Assembly (NCBI GenBank): GCA_030295235.1
Contig: AP026138.1
Location: 868,001 to 932,000 of the forward strand
Direction: 5' to 3'
Origin: Fistulifera solaris
Taxonomy: Eukaryota
DNA: 64,000 bases
The notes beneath the pieces are model-generated. The model was not told the DNA's origin and searched no databases. It worked only from the letters and a program-made list of their open reading frames with translations. Made by a program: the position numbers and the translations under genes. Below are positions 11,318-23,873 of this stretch, in pieces. How positions within the stretch are numbered: position 1 is the stretch's first letter; every line of letters starts with the position of its first letter.

Positions 11318-11527
11318 TGATTCTGTTTCTTACTGTTTTCGAGTTCCATGATGGCCTTTTTGATTACTTCTTGTTGTGCGATATCATCTTGAGCTTGTTG
11401 CAATTTCCTATGCAAGTGTTTTGGCTTTTTGCTCTTTTTTTGTGGGCGGCTCTTGGATGGTCGGATATGTCACAGATGAGGGCTGTCGCTGATCTTGACG
11501 ACGTCGTTTGGCACCCAATCCACCCAT
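10189..11527 (-). CDS. S1 RNA-binding domain protein; probable +1 homopolymer frameshift at 11435-11441
   Basis: S1 domain GKVVYVKDFGIFVDINCHIDAFCHVSRLSDEYV; ATG at 11527 (MGGLGAKRRR) joins KKSKKPKHLHRKL if one base of the T7 run is removed; poly-Q (CAG) tract ~11285-11314. Confidence 0.8.
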
Positions 11528-12025
11528 TGTAGATTGATTGTCGTGATTTTAAAGTTAACTTTCAATTACTTGTCATACCTATCGGTTTATTACATGTCAC
11601 GCGTCGAGACGCAATTGTTTTTGTTCTTTGCTGTTGAGTGGTCATCTTTTCGCTCGTAACGACGGCAAGACGCACTTTGGATTATAGTAAAAACTGAAGA
11701 CAACGATCTCACGAAGACTCTTCCACTTGAAAGAAAAATACTGGGTAACTTGTAGTCTAGTGCCAATGCTGCTAAAGAGCGACAAATGAAGCCCAAGACA
11801 TTTTGCTGAGCGATCGAATTAAGAGCATTGTCGCCCGAAAGAAATAGACTCATGACTGAAGTGCAGTCGTGGCGAAATCCGGACAACACTTATTCGGTCC
11901 ATAGTAAAACGGAAGACAACGTTTTGCTACGGTGACAAAGGTAATAATAGTTTCAAACATCTGTAACAGGTATGATCTTGTTCAAAGTGGTTCATCATGT
12001 ACATTTTATAAGCAAGCTTGATTCT

Positions 12026-13038
12026 TTAAGAGGTATCGGAGTTATAGTCGACTAGAGAAGAGTCGAGGAGTCTGGGTGTTGGCTGCCTTTCAAAAGCTTG
12101 TATTTGTCGACGTTCTCGTGGATGCGGCGCGTTTGAACCTTGTACCTCAAATTGCAGCTCTACTTTGATGGAGTGTGACTCGATCGAAGATATCACGTCA
12201 GGGCATGGTGCAGACGACGATGATGATTCTGTTCGATTCGTCTTTCGCGACACAAAGATAGAACCTTGTCGCAATTTCTTCCACTGATGCTTTTGCTTTT
12301 GTAATGCTGAAGTACCATACGTGGTTTCTTTTGCTCGTACTTGATCTACTCTGCTGCTCGATGTTAATAACCTCGTGCGGTGCGGATTCCATCCATTTTT
12401 CTGTGACAATTGAGTCTGTAAATTGTGGCGTTGACGTTTGGCGCGATGAATATCACGCAGTTGCGCGTTCCGATCAGCATCATTCAGAAATTGTTCATTT
12501 CTCTGTTTTTGTAAAGAGGTAGTTGCGCTTGCTCATGCTGCAGCAGCTGCCTGCGTTCAATCGCTTGTACTGGGTCTTCCGCCGATTCTTCATGAACAGC
12601 ACGATCTCGATGGGATTCATTGCGTTGCAACTTTTGTAGTCCTTGTACAAACACAAACTGTTGATGCAAAGGATCTGTTCGAATAATAAATTCTTGTGTG
12701 TGACACACCCGACAGTTCATGTGAAATTCCCAAGTATCATCCGTTATATAAGAAGTTGTAGACGACGAAGCAGTCTTGTTATCAATTGTAGCATCTGACG
12801 GACGTCGCTTCACAGCATTATACCGTGTTCCGCGACTGATATAAGCATCACAATTTTGACACAATGCATTGTACGGCAATTCAAAACGAACAGTCCTGTG
12901 TGTGCTTGTAGAAGAATTTCCTTGCTGCTGGTTGTGATACCATTGATTCTTCGTTAATTTCGGATTCTTTTGCGCCGCTTCGTAGTACTCGGGCGGCAAA
13001 TAATAGCCATCGGCTTGTGTGGCAGCCAATGAAGACAT
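12026..13038 (-). CDS. CCDC130: CCDC130/Cwc16 (YJU2 family) splicing factor; probable -1 frameshift near 12513-12515
   Basis: MSSLAATQADGYYLPPEY, VRFELPY..CQNC..ISRGTRYNAVK, WEFHMNCRVC..FIIRTDP; after a 1-nt shift the frame continues LQKQRNEQFLNDADRNAQLR into ORF 12026-12409. Confidence 0.75.
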
Positions 13039-13646
13039 ATTAACGAAGGAATCAAAGAAAGGAATGAATGGGGTTGCGAAAGGCAATGCTTCATTGCGCT
13101 CGACGATCGACTCTTGATCGACGCATCATCGTCTTTTGCGAGACGCGAGCAGGTTTTGGTTTCTTCATTATTCGGTTGCCGGTAAGACTCGACGAGGAAA
13201 CTACTCTGGTTCCAACTGTAGATTACTTTTTTCACGACTGGGTTTCAGTCATTAGTCATCAGCCTTAAAATATGGCGATTTTCGTATAAAATGGTCCACG
13301 TTTCGCTCGAATTGTACGTCTAGCTTCGATTTAGGATCTTCTCTTGTTAACAATTGTTTTGCTTGTGATTGAATGACTAGAACGGTAACTTAAACGATAT
13401 TTTAGAGGAGAACTCCTTTTCACAAAATGATACGTGACGCAAACAGATAATCCAGTCTTGCGGAAAACGGACAACACTGTGGCCTCTATAGTACGGAGTA
13501 TACGGACGAACATCTGCTCGTTGCACTTTCAACGAAAACGAAAAAGATACCTCCTCGCCAATCGCCATCACAATGGGAACATATTCCGCATAGTCACCAT
13601 TACCGGTACCGCTCTTACGACGATCAACTTTTCCATCCAGATTAGA

Positions 13647-14252
13647 ATGAAGCATGCTATGATTAGTGGTTTACTGCTCGTGGCCTCCACGAGCACAGTG
13701 AGGGTCCACGCGTTGAGTACAAACAATCGTCCCAGGGCCCTCCCAAGCAGTATCAGTCTCGAGGAATGCACATTCGCGGGAAATATCGGATTTGATCCTT
13801 GGCATTTCGCTACTTCTCGTCGTGCTCTCTGGCATTATCGAGAATCGGAAATCAAACACGCTCGTTTGGCCATGATGGCTTCGTTGTGGTTGATCGTCGA
13901 GCAAGATGTTTCTCCTTGGTGGTATGACTCTTTCGAATTCGAATCCTCTCTCATCGGCGATGCAGAGACCTTGCTGAAACGAATAGCACCTGTGTGGTGG
14001 GGTGCTTGTACAGGCCTCATGGCATTGTGTGAATTACAGACACACGACCGAGACGAAATCGCAAGTCAAAGTCGTGATGGAAATTATGCGCCGGGTCAAC
14101 TGGGATGGGATCCGTTACATTTGTATCCTGACAAAAACAATCCGCTGATTCAGCAAGGGTATCTAAGTAGTGAAATATGGTCTGGGCGAGTGGCCATGTT
14201 GGGTATGGTTGCTCCATTAAGTCAGCAAGGATACGAATGGTTGGGTGAATAA
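13647..14252 (+). CDS. Divergent light-harvesting complex (chlorophyll a/c-binding family) protein
   Basis: Signal peptide (VHA-L); GNIGFDP, RESEIKHARLAMMA, PGQLGWDPLHLYP, EIWSGRVAMLG. Confidence 0.85.
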   Translation: MKHAMISGLLLVASTSTVRVHALSTNNRPRALPSSISLEECTFAGNIGFDPWHFATSRRALWHYRESEIKHARLAMMASLWLIVEQDVSPWWYDSFEFESSLIGDAETLLKRIAPVWWGACTGLMALCELQTHDRDEIASQSRDGNYAPGQLGWDPLHLYPDKNNPLIQQGYLSSEIWSGRVAMLGMVAPLSQQGYEWLGE

Positions 14253-14591
14253 ACTGGCAACGCGTCGAATTGCGACAAAATTCAACTACTAAGCTGATTC
14301 ATATAAATAGAGACAAAGTTATTAAACATTTGATTTCTGTATAAAAAAGGGCTAAAGTGGCAGAGGAGTCGTCCGAATTCTAGGAAAGGGGGAGGATCTT
14401 CGGCAACATTTTCGCCGGAAAAACGACGCATATACTGCTTAAGATGTTCCAAATATAGTTTCTTTCAGCTAGGTTGCTAATCTCCTAACACTAACAACTT
14501 GTAAGTATATTGAGCTATATCATCAATGCAAACATCGATTTACTCTACGCTTAAAAAATTAATGCATCAGTTCATTACGTTAATTAAATAG

Positions 14592-15340
14592 TTGTCTTGA
14601 TGACAGATTTCGTCCACATTTACTACGGCACAAAGTGTTGGTTTAGGGAAAACATGACTGCAATTTCAGTCATCAACTAAATCTTATAGTGACATCGACT
14701 GCTAGTCTATGATATGCATTTTTGTCTTGGTTTCTGCTGTAATAAACAAATCGCATTTCACTAGATACTAATGTCATTTGTATTCGAATGCATACCGTTT
14801 CTTTTTGTCAAATTGTCTTGATGATCGATTTCGTACACTTTTTACTATGGCACAAAGTGTAGGTTTAGGGAAAACATGACTGCAATTTCAGTCATCAACT
14901 AAATCTTAAAGTGACATGTGACATCGACTGCTATGATATGCATTTTGTCTTGGTTTCTGTCGTAATAAACAAAATTGCATATCACTAGAGATACTAATGT
15001 CATTTGTGTTTGAATGCGTAACGTTTCTTTTCGTCAAATTGTCTTGATGATCGATTCCGTCTACTTTTTACTATGGCACAAAGTGTTGGTTTAGGGAAAA
15101 CATGGCCTCAATTTCAGTCATCAACTATATCCTATAGTGACATCGACTGCTAGTCTATGATATGCATTTTTGTCTTGGTTTCTGCTGTAATAAACAAATC
15201 GCATTTCACTAGATACTAATGTCATTTGTATTTGAATGCATACCGTTTCTTTTTGTCAAATTGTCTTGATGATCGATTTCGTACACTTTTTACTATGGCA
15301 CAAAGTGTTGGTTCAGGGAAACACGACTGCAAATTCAGTC
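14592..15340. repeat. AT-rich ~222-bp tandem repeat, ~3.4 copies, plus a decayed copy near 15500
   Basis: TTGTCTTGATGA anchors at 14592, 14813, 15039, 15261; hand count over 14641-14820 gives 60 G+C in 180 nt (33%). Confidence 0.95.
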
Positions 15341-15583
15341 GCGAATTGAAACGGTATGTCAGCTCGTCAGCTCAAACTGAACTGCTAGCCCCACAAAATG
15401 CAAATTCTTTCATCTCGGTTGCTTATAAAATATATCTTGTCATTGAATGTCATTGATGCTACACTTGAAGTTTGGTGCGTTTGTCGATCCTCTACGTCAA
15501 TACGTCTTGATGAGCGTTTTCGTCGGAATGTACTATAGGTTTAAAGTGTGACATCAACTTATCCACGAGATTTTGTTACTATT

Positions 15584-16197
15584 CCCAAAACACCGATTGC
15601 AGAATTTCTGGAAAATGCACAAAACCCTTGTCTGACGGAAAGCCCCAATCCCAAAATTTTTGAAACGTGCACAGAATCTCTGTGTCATCTTTTCACCTGA
15701 TCCAAAATATCTGGATGTCTCGCAGAACTTCTGTTCGACCCAATAAACCGGGTCCAGAATTTCTGGACCATCCGCAGAATTTCTGTGTGACCGAATACCG
15801 TTTCCAGAATTTCTGGAATATGGGAAAATGTTATCTCAAACCCAAACACCAATTCATTTCAAGAATTTGTGGTACGTGCACAAATGCTCTATGCGACGCA
15901 AAGCACCTAATCCAAAAAATTTGGATGTCACAGAACTTCTGCACGACCCAAAACACCGATTCCAGAATTTCTGGAAAATGCACAAAACCCTTTTCTGACG
16001 GAAAGCCCCAATCCCGAAATTTCTGAAACTCCACAGAATCTCTGTGTCACCTCCTTCACCTTTTTTTTGTTTTTTTTTACCTGATCCAGAATATCTGGAT
16101 GTCTCGCAGGACTTCTGTACGACCCAGTACACCGCACCGGGTCCGCAGATTCCAGAATTTCTGGTACTTGCACAAAAGCTCTATGCGACGCAAAGCG
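15584..16197. repeat. Complex tandem repeat (~363-bp period) built from CAGA-N3-TCTG palindromic subunits
   Basis: CCCAAAACACCGATT..AGAATTTCTGGAAAATGCACAAAACCC at 15584 and 15947; roughly 15 exact or degenerate palindromes; related sequence resumes at ~16482-16518. Confidence 0.85.
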
Positions 16198-16681
16198 CAA
16201 TAGCCATGTTAGTCTTTACGTTGTTACCGGAATAGATGGATATTGTGAAAACGGAAGATGAATGGAGTGAAAAGAAATCAAAACGGACGAGGAAAATTGC
16301 GCGGTCCCAGCCGATCCCAGCTTACTTGGGCTGCCCAGAAAAAAATGGGGAACGAAAAAAACCTGGGCAAACCCAGATTTTTTTTGGCCTGTTGGGACCG
16401 TCTGTCGTGTCATCCTAAAGCCTGTTAGGCCATAAAACCTGGGATCCCATCCTCAAAACCCTGCCGTTAGTACAGGCCCAAAAGCACCTATAATCCAAAA
16501 TATCTGAAAGTTTCACAGAGCGATATTTTGCCCTCCATTCATTTTCTAGCAATCAAGAAAATACAACTTGCGAGCATCTAACTAATTTTCTCTGTTCATC
16601 AAAAGCAAGTCCCATCGCATACGAACGAGACATGACATCAAAGGGACGCCGGCGGCAGGATTTGCTTCATCTTCCTCCTTG

Positions 16682-18161
16682 ATGATGCTCGTCACTGCCT
16701 CGACGACAGGTGCTTTTTTGGGTGCATTGATTAGTCGTTGGTGGTACTTGTCTTCAAGCAAAACAACAGAACGAGAAGCAGTTTCTTTCAATACAATTTT
16801 CTCTTCCAGCAGCTCGACCTCTCGTGTGAATCGAGCGACAAACGACACTACAATCCCCACTCACATTCGTAAAGAACAATTATCACGGCACGAGTTGTAT
16901 TTTTGGAGAAGAAGGCATGCAACAACTGCAGAAAACACGCATTTGTGTCGTCGGATTGGGAGGTGTGGGGAGTCATACCGTCATGGCTTTAGCTCGGGGA
17001 GGGATTGGCTATTTGCGCATCATCGATCATGATCAAGTCACTCTGAGTTCGTTGAATCGACACGCTGTCGCTACTTTGGCGGATGTGGGTATACCGAAAG
17101 CCGTTGCTCTGCAGAATTCGATGCGTCAAATATGTCCGGATCCTCAGTATTTGCAAGTGGATCCCCGTGTCGAAATGTATACGGCCGAGACGGCTGCTTC
17201 GTTACTCGACTATGATGAAGATGGACAACTCTGTTCTTGGGATTTAGTGATTGACGCGATTGATGATATTCCTACCAAGGCGCATTTGATTCAACATTGC
17301 TTGCAACGGAATATTCCGGTCATTTCGTGTATGGGAGCGGGTGGAAAGTCCGATTTTACGCGTTTGTGCGTGTCCGATTTACGGTCGGCGGCGAAAGATC
17401 CCTTGGCGACGAAATTGAAACAAACCTTGAAACAGTTGCTCGCGAAACAACACAACAGCATCACAACGAACAACGGCAGCATGGACAATTATCTAGATGA
17501 CATGAAAAAGCTAACAGTTTTGTACAATTCCGAGAAACCCGTTGTGAAACTCGCCGATTTTACGGCATCGCAGAAAGCACAAGGTGTTCAACACTTTGGG
17601 GCCGTGGAAGGGATGAGGATTCGAATTTTACCCGTTTTGGGGACGACGCCGTCGATTATGGGACAAGCGTTGGCTGCGTATGCCTTGACGGAATGCGGAG
17701 GGAAACCTTTGGCGCAACCAGTGACCGGAGAGCGCGTCGGGAAGAATGTTCGTAACAAACTGTTTCAAAAATTAGAACATCGGGAACAAGGAATTGCGCA
17801 ACACTATGATCCGCAGAGAGTGCATTCACGGGATGAACCGACTATACTCACGCTACCCGATGGAAAACAAGTGTGGATTGGACCCTTGCAAGTCGATCAA
17901 GATGATATTGACTACTTGATGCAAGTATGGAGGAATCGATGCGCAGTCACACAAGCCAGATTGGGAACGATTTTTCATTTGGTGCGATGGGATGTTTCTC
18001 AGCCGAGTGATTTGCACAACTTGGTGTTAATCAGCGCGGGTGCGTTGCAAAAGTACGACAATCCATCCGACTTTCTTCGTAGTTGGGAAACGATACCTAA
18101 TGATGTTCGTGAGACGATCGAGTTACGTCTTCAAGCTATTCGACAAGTTCAAGAGTTCTAA
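16682..18161 (+). CDS. tRNA threonylcarbamoyladenosine dehydratase (TCD1/2, ThiF/E1-like); probable +1 frameshift at 16900-16904
   Basis: N-terminal anchor and KEQLSRHELYF(GEEGM) join ICVVGLGGVGSH, DQVTLSSLNRHA, IDAIDD, MGAGGKSD, DPLA, RIRILPVLGTTPSIMG when one T is removed. Confidence 0.85.
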
Positions 18162-18263
18162 GAGAAATAGGATTAAAGAACAACAAATGATACTAGAGCT
18201 ATAGAATATTCGAGGAGACGTTTTAGCACAAGGTGACGTTACGTATCGTCCCTTCCTTTGGTT

Positions 18264-18829
18264 TTAAGTTGTCATCAACGCCTTGAACTCCTCGAAAGAA
18301 ATCTGACCATCTCCATTCGTATCCACTTCGTCCATCATGGCATCCAGCTCTCCTTCCGTCAATGCCTGTCCCAACTTTTTCATGAGTCTCTTCAACTCTT
18401 TTCGATCAATTGCCCCTGATCCATCCGAGTCAAAGACGGCAAATGCTTCCCGTAATTCATCGTCGTGATCACGTTTCCCAATTCTTGATTTCATCAATGT
18501 GAGAAACTCCGGGAAATCAATTTCGTGGTCCCCATTATCATCAACGGAAGAAATCATTTCAATGAGATCTTCTTCGGTCGGACTTTGTCCCAATTTTCGC
18601 ATAATTTGTTGCAATTCTTTCAGTTCGATCGTTCCTTGAAAACGAGAAAAGGAGAAATCTGTGAGAGACGTGCGCACTAGACAAATAACGCAATAGCTTG
18701 GTCTTTGTTACTCCCATTTGACGTACCATCTCCATTAATATCAAACATAGCGAAAGCTTCCTTCAAATCGGCAATTTGCTCTTCCGTCAAATCGTCATGA
18801 TCTTTATTCTTGCTGCTTGATTTGGGCAT
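18264..18829 (-). CDS. Calmodulin-like EF-hand protein; intron 18635-18726
   Basis: LTEEQIADLKEAFAMFDINGDG|TIELKEL; four EF-hand loops (DINGDG, DDNGDH, DSDGSG, DTNGDG); GT-AG intron restores frame. Confidence 0.9.
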
Positions 18830-19474
18830 GTTGATTGATAATAGGAAGCAAAATTGTATTGATTCGTTGTTAATTAGCCTGTTAAAACAGGTTGGACCGA
18901 GCTCTTGGGTGACACTTGCAAAGGGACGAGGCGTCTTTAAGAATAAAAAAGGAAAGATGCGATGCGGAGACATTTTGCTCCTCTAAATTCTAAATCACGA
19001 TGCGAAAAGACCGACTATGACCCTTTTGGTGCACTATAAGTACTATAGTCCTTGTTTCTCCCTCCACTCCGTCTTCGCAAGACTAGTTGTTAGCTGAGTC
19101 GTGCGCAGGATCTGGTTCGTGTTTGAAATTTGCGCCGGACGCCGGACTGAGTTTTCGTCGGATGGTCGTACGGACGTCAGCACGATTGCGGTCCCATCAT
19201 TTCAGTGACTATCCATTGTAGTGTAGAACCCTTTTTCCTTTTGAATGGTTCTCCCACATTGCGTCCGTACGACTGTCGCAAACACGTTGCGATGAACGCA
19301 AGGAATGCTACGTGGAATCTCTACAGGAAAAAAGCGTCGTAGTGCAGCCAACAACATGAGCAGCAACAAGCAAACCCAAAGCAACAATCGATTGCCATTG
19401 ATTTGGGTCTGTTACGATTGATTGTTTCATTTCATCAATTCATTTCTTTAATTAGCTATTTGATTCTTTGCTCC

Positions 19475-22400
19475 ATGCAGGAAGTAGACGAAAACAATAT
19501 TACAAAGAATGATGATCACAATGATACAGTAACTACGACAGAAAAGGCAATGAAGGCTATCGAAACGGAAAGCAACAATTCAAATGATGATGATAATGAT
19601 GTTGTTATGAAAGATGCAGAAGAATCAGACGAAGAGAGAAATTTACCCGATAACAATAACAATGAAAATAGTACGAAAGAAGAAACAGCGGCGCATGTAG
19701 AAAATGGATCCACGGCGTCGCCAGAAAAGGATAACAATGACAATCACTTAACAAACACAGCAACAAAAGAAGAAGACGCGAATGATTCACACAATAACAA
19801 TGATATTACAAACGGAGAAACAGACACGGCGATGCAGCAGAATCAGCAACAACAACAACCCACAGAACCGTCGGCTTCCTCGTCCGCCGAGCACAAAAAG
19901 GAAACTACCGAGAAACCAGCAGCTCCGGCACCGCCTCCGCCTGTCATGAAAGGAACATTGTCGTGTGATATTGATCATCGTCGTCATCTCATTCGTGGAA
20001 TGTGGAATTACGAAAACTCAAATGTATTTCCGCCGCAACCATTTGAACTCGTACGGAATTTAGGACCGGATGAAGATAAGGAAGATTTGACCAAGGATGC
20101 CGAGTTTCACGGTTCCTTCCGTCTAGCTTACTTCCATACTACGTCGAAAGGGAAACAAAAGAGCGAATTAAAGTTATACAAGAGACCGGAGTCAATGTCA
20201 AATTCACAAAAGTGGAGGGAAGTGACGACGAATACAAAGTCGACGGAAAAGGGACGAATCAATTCGGGATTTTTCACATTTACGGGACAGCAACACGCAG
20301 TAAAATGGAAGGTGATAATTCATTGAGTGTCGTTTTGCGAAAGCGATACGAAGTATCCGATCAACCCGCTGCCGCTTCCGCGTCGACGACGCCGAACGTC
20401 GTCACTTCATCTCTGGCAATGATCTCGGCAGAAACAGACAATGGTCCGCTTCCACCTCCTGCGACTTCCTTTGCTACGGGAGTGGTATGTTTGCGAGGAA
20501 AGATACATCAAGAAACATCGGCAGAATTGGGAATCGAGGATGTCGTTTACCGTATTAGTGGCATGTGGTCGACCGGTCTCGATAAAATCCTGGAAGACCC
20601 GGACAATACCAAAGGCCTCTGCAATAGATTTGAATACGAGCACAAAAGCTCACAGCCGTCTTCTACGTTCCCAGTGTCGGGGCGTTACAGTGGATGGTTT
20701 GATCTGAGTGCGGAAGATGGAAGCAGAACCAGGATCAACGAGAGAGATGTCACTTTGAAGTTTCGCAAAAATAGCGAGGGGTACCACAATGTTGAAGGAA
20801 AAGGGAGCAACGTATTTGGAAAATACAGCATCACAGGAACTTTGACATCGGACCATATTCTGACGATTTTTCGTCATTTTCAACCCCGCAAAATCAAGTC
20901 TTCGAGCAGCAAAGTTGGTGTAGCCCCGGCTTCGGGGGCGACGAATGGTAGTACGGTACGTCGGCCTTCGCTTTCTATGGAGGATGCGAAGTTGAAATTA
21001 GACGACGTGCAACTACCAGAAGGTGAGACTCCAGATGCAATTTCACCACCCGCGAATGGAAGCTACTCGGCAGTGTCAAGGGGTGTTCTACGGGTGAATC
21101 CCGACGGATCTCACAGCTGCCAGGGCAAGTGGGCCGAGATGAGAGACCACTTTAACACAGGGCAGACAAGTCCCTTTAGCTTTCGCTTGGAAGCTCACTT
21201 TGCCACAGAACCGTCGGATGGATCGGAGCAACGGTCATTTCCTCAGGATTCTCCCATGTACAGAGGTACTTTTCAACTCAAGAAAGGCGCGTCTAGGTAT
21301 ACAACTGTGGTGGACCAGCAAATAGTCATGAAGTTTCAGTTGAACAATCAAGGCTCCTTCAACGTTCACGGGAAAGGGATAAACGCCATCGGAGAGTTCG
21401 CGTTGATTGGTACGCTGATCATGAGTGGCAAAACTGGGGGTCAGGTTGAACTCTACCGCATGTATCCACAAGAAAAACTCGCGGCTCCCCCACCACCTAT
21501 CAAGTCAGCAACGGAAAACGGCAGTTCCAGTTCTTTGCCAGGACCCGACACCGCCGCGCCTCCGAAGATACCCGCTCCGTCCCATCTGCCAATGCAACGA
21601 CGAGAATCATCTCGCTTAGTAAAATTGCCGTCGCGCCTGGAAGACGATGATCCGTCGGCTCAACTTAGTCGAATCATGGAGAAGTGTTCCCAAATTCTTC
21701 GTATCATTCGTGAAAAAGATGTTGAATTGGGCGCCTTCTTCTCCGAGCCTGTGGACCCTGTCGCCCTGGGCATCCCTACATACTTCCAGATTGTGAAGGA
21801 GCCCATGGATTTGAGAACGATTTACAGGAAGATGGAAGCGAATCAGGTCGACTCGCCTGAAGAATTTGCACGCCTCGTCAGACTTGTTTTCGAGAACGCC
21901 ATGACATTCAATATTGACCCTGCCCATTCGGTTCACCAAGCAGCCCGCAACCTTCTTGTGCTCTTTAATCAAAAGTTTCGAGATGCAGAACGTACGATCC
22001 AAAACATTAGAAGGTCCCATGGCGATGAATTGAAAAGAAAGATGATAAGAAACGCAGACGGGGCGAAGAGCTGATTAGTCTGAAGCAACGTCGGTTGGAA
22101 GAGGCAAAAGCCATGTCAGCTTCTAATACAAGTGCTATTGCAGCTTTAGTGGCGGCGGCTCCGATTGGTAATCCTTCGAATGTGACGCGTTCTGAGTTCT
22201 TGAAGCTCATTGATGTCATTCAGCAACTGCAGCAACAAGTTGTTCAGACGCACACAGCTCTTGCAGAACTTTGTCCAGGCGATGAAAGTGACATGAAGGT
22301 GTCCAGTTTGTCGGCGTACCCCAGCACAAACTCGATTCCACAGTCGATTACACCAGCCTTTGATACAAAGAAGAAGCAAGTGCGACGAAAATCGGAGAAC

Positions 22401-23473
22401 GCGATGGCCCCACCTGTGGAAGTATACGATGAACTACCGTTGACGCTTGAGGAACAAGAGCTATTGACTGAGACGATTAACGAACTACCCCCAGAGCATC
22501 TTGGTGGTGTAATACAAATACTGAGAGAGGCTGCACCGGTGGGAGCCGATGAAGAAGAAATCGACCTTGATATTGACCAACTTGATAATCGAACTCAGCG
22601 TAAATTGCTTGCTCACGTGTCGAAGGTAAGAATAATCGCACGTCGTTGGGATTGTTGCGGGAGCGTCATTCATAAACAGTACACTGATTTCGGTTCTATT
22701 ATCTTTTGCGAACTGTACAGTTTGTGAAGAAGACCAAGGTCAAAGGAAGAAAACGACCCGTGTCGAAATCTCCCGTGCCCAAAAGGCAAAAGACGAATGA
22801 CACCACGTCGACGAAGTCAAAGGCATCTGTTGCTAGTGCTGGATCTGATCCATTCTTTGCCTTCAACAAAGACAACAGTGAATCGGATGATGACGACTCG
22901 GATGATGGTGAATCATCGTCTAAACCGACTGCTGTTTCCGAGACGAAAAAGCAGAACGGCAAAGTCTTTGAATTGAATACCAACACCGTCGACGAAGATC
23001 TCGATGACGATGATAACGATGACGATGAAGATATTGCCGCTAACTGGAATATGAAGACAACTACAGCCAGTGCTAGTCAAGGCAAGTCAGCAGATGACGA
23101 CGACGATTGGGGAGCCGCTCGGGAACAAGCGGCAGCCGCGAAAGCGCGCGAAGCCGAACGAAAAGCCCGCGAAGAGAAAATGAAAAAGGAAGCTGAAGAA
23201 TTGAAGAATCAACGCTTGGCGGACGCTGCCGCTCAAGTAGAAGAAATACGTGCCCAGCGCGAAGAAGAGGAAGCCAAGAATGCTCGTCTACGCGAACAAG
23301 AAGCGGAAGAAGCACGGAAGGCGGCACGAGAAGCGCTTCGTGCCCAAGTTCAATCCGTAGAGCAAACGGTTGATTTGGGCGACTCACAACGGGATTTAAT
23401 GAAACAATATGAGCAGAGTTTTCTCGACAAGGATTATGGAAGCGCTAGTCCTTCTTCGGACTTTGGATTTTAA
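19475..23473 (+). CDS. Bromodomain + ET (GTE/BET-like) protein with three N-terminal beta-rich repeats; intron 22626-22720; probable -1 frameshifts at 20157-20160 and 22033-22040
   Basis: Bromodomain FFSEPVDPVALGIPTYFQIVKEPMDLRTI...VRLVFENAMTFN; ET domain LTLEEQELLTETINELPPEHLGGVIQILRE...EIDLDIDQLD; C-terminal coiled coil; four ORFs join by two 1-nt fixes and one GT-AG intron; start uncertain. Confidence 0.85.
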
Positions 23474-23873
23474 ATCAGAAGAAACGAAACTTTGGGATAA
23501 TGCTATATGCGCAGGGGGACGACGGCATGCTTTGCGTTTGGAAGTTGTACTTGATTATGTAATTCTTTTCTAATGGGATACTGTTATTGTTTCGATGTGC
23601 AGTATTGCAACTCGGGTTATCGTTTAAAACGAGTTCGTCTTGATAAAGTTTGCAACAATCCACAGGCCGTCTTGCGCCGTCCGGTGATTTTCTACGCAGT
23701 GTCACGTAGCTTTTGTACCGCGACAGCTCGTACAGCTTCCACACGTTTTCTCAAAGGCCATGAGGCCGCGCGCTCTTTGCATTTTCTTCATTGCTTATCG
23801 AGGACGTTTCATTCTTTTGCTATCATCATTGCAACTGCTCTCCGTTGATATTTGATTTGCGAATAAGAAGAAA

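Noticed and set aside
15667..16235. Several short ORFs on both strands
   Set aside because: Shadows of the palindromic repeat
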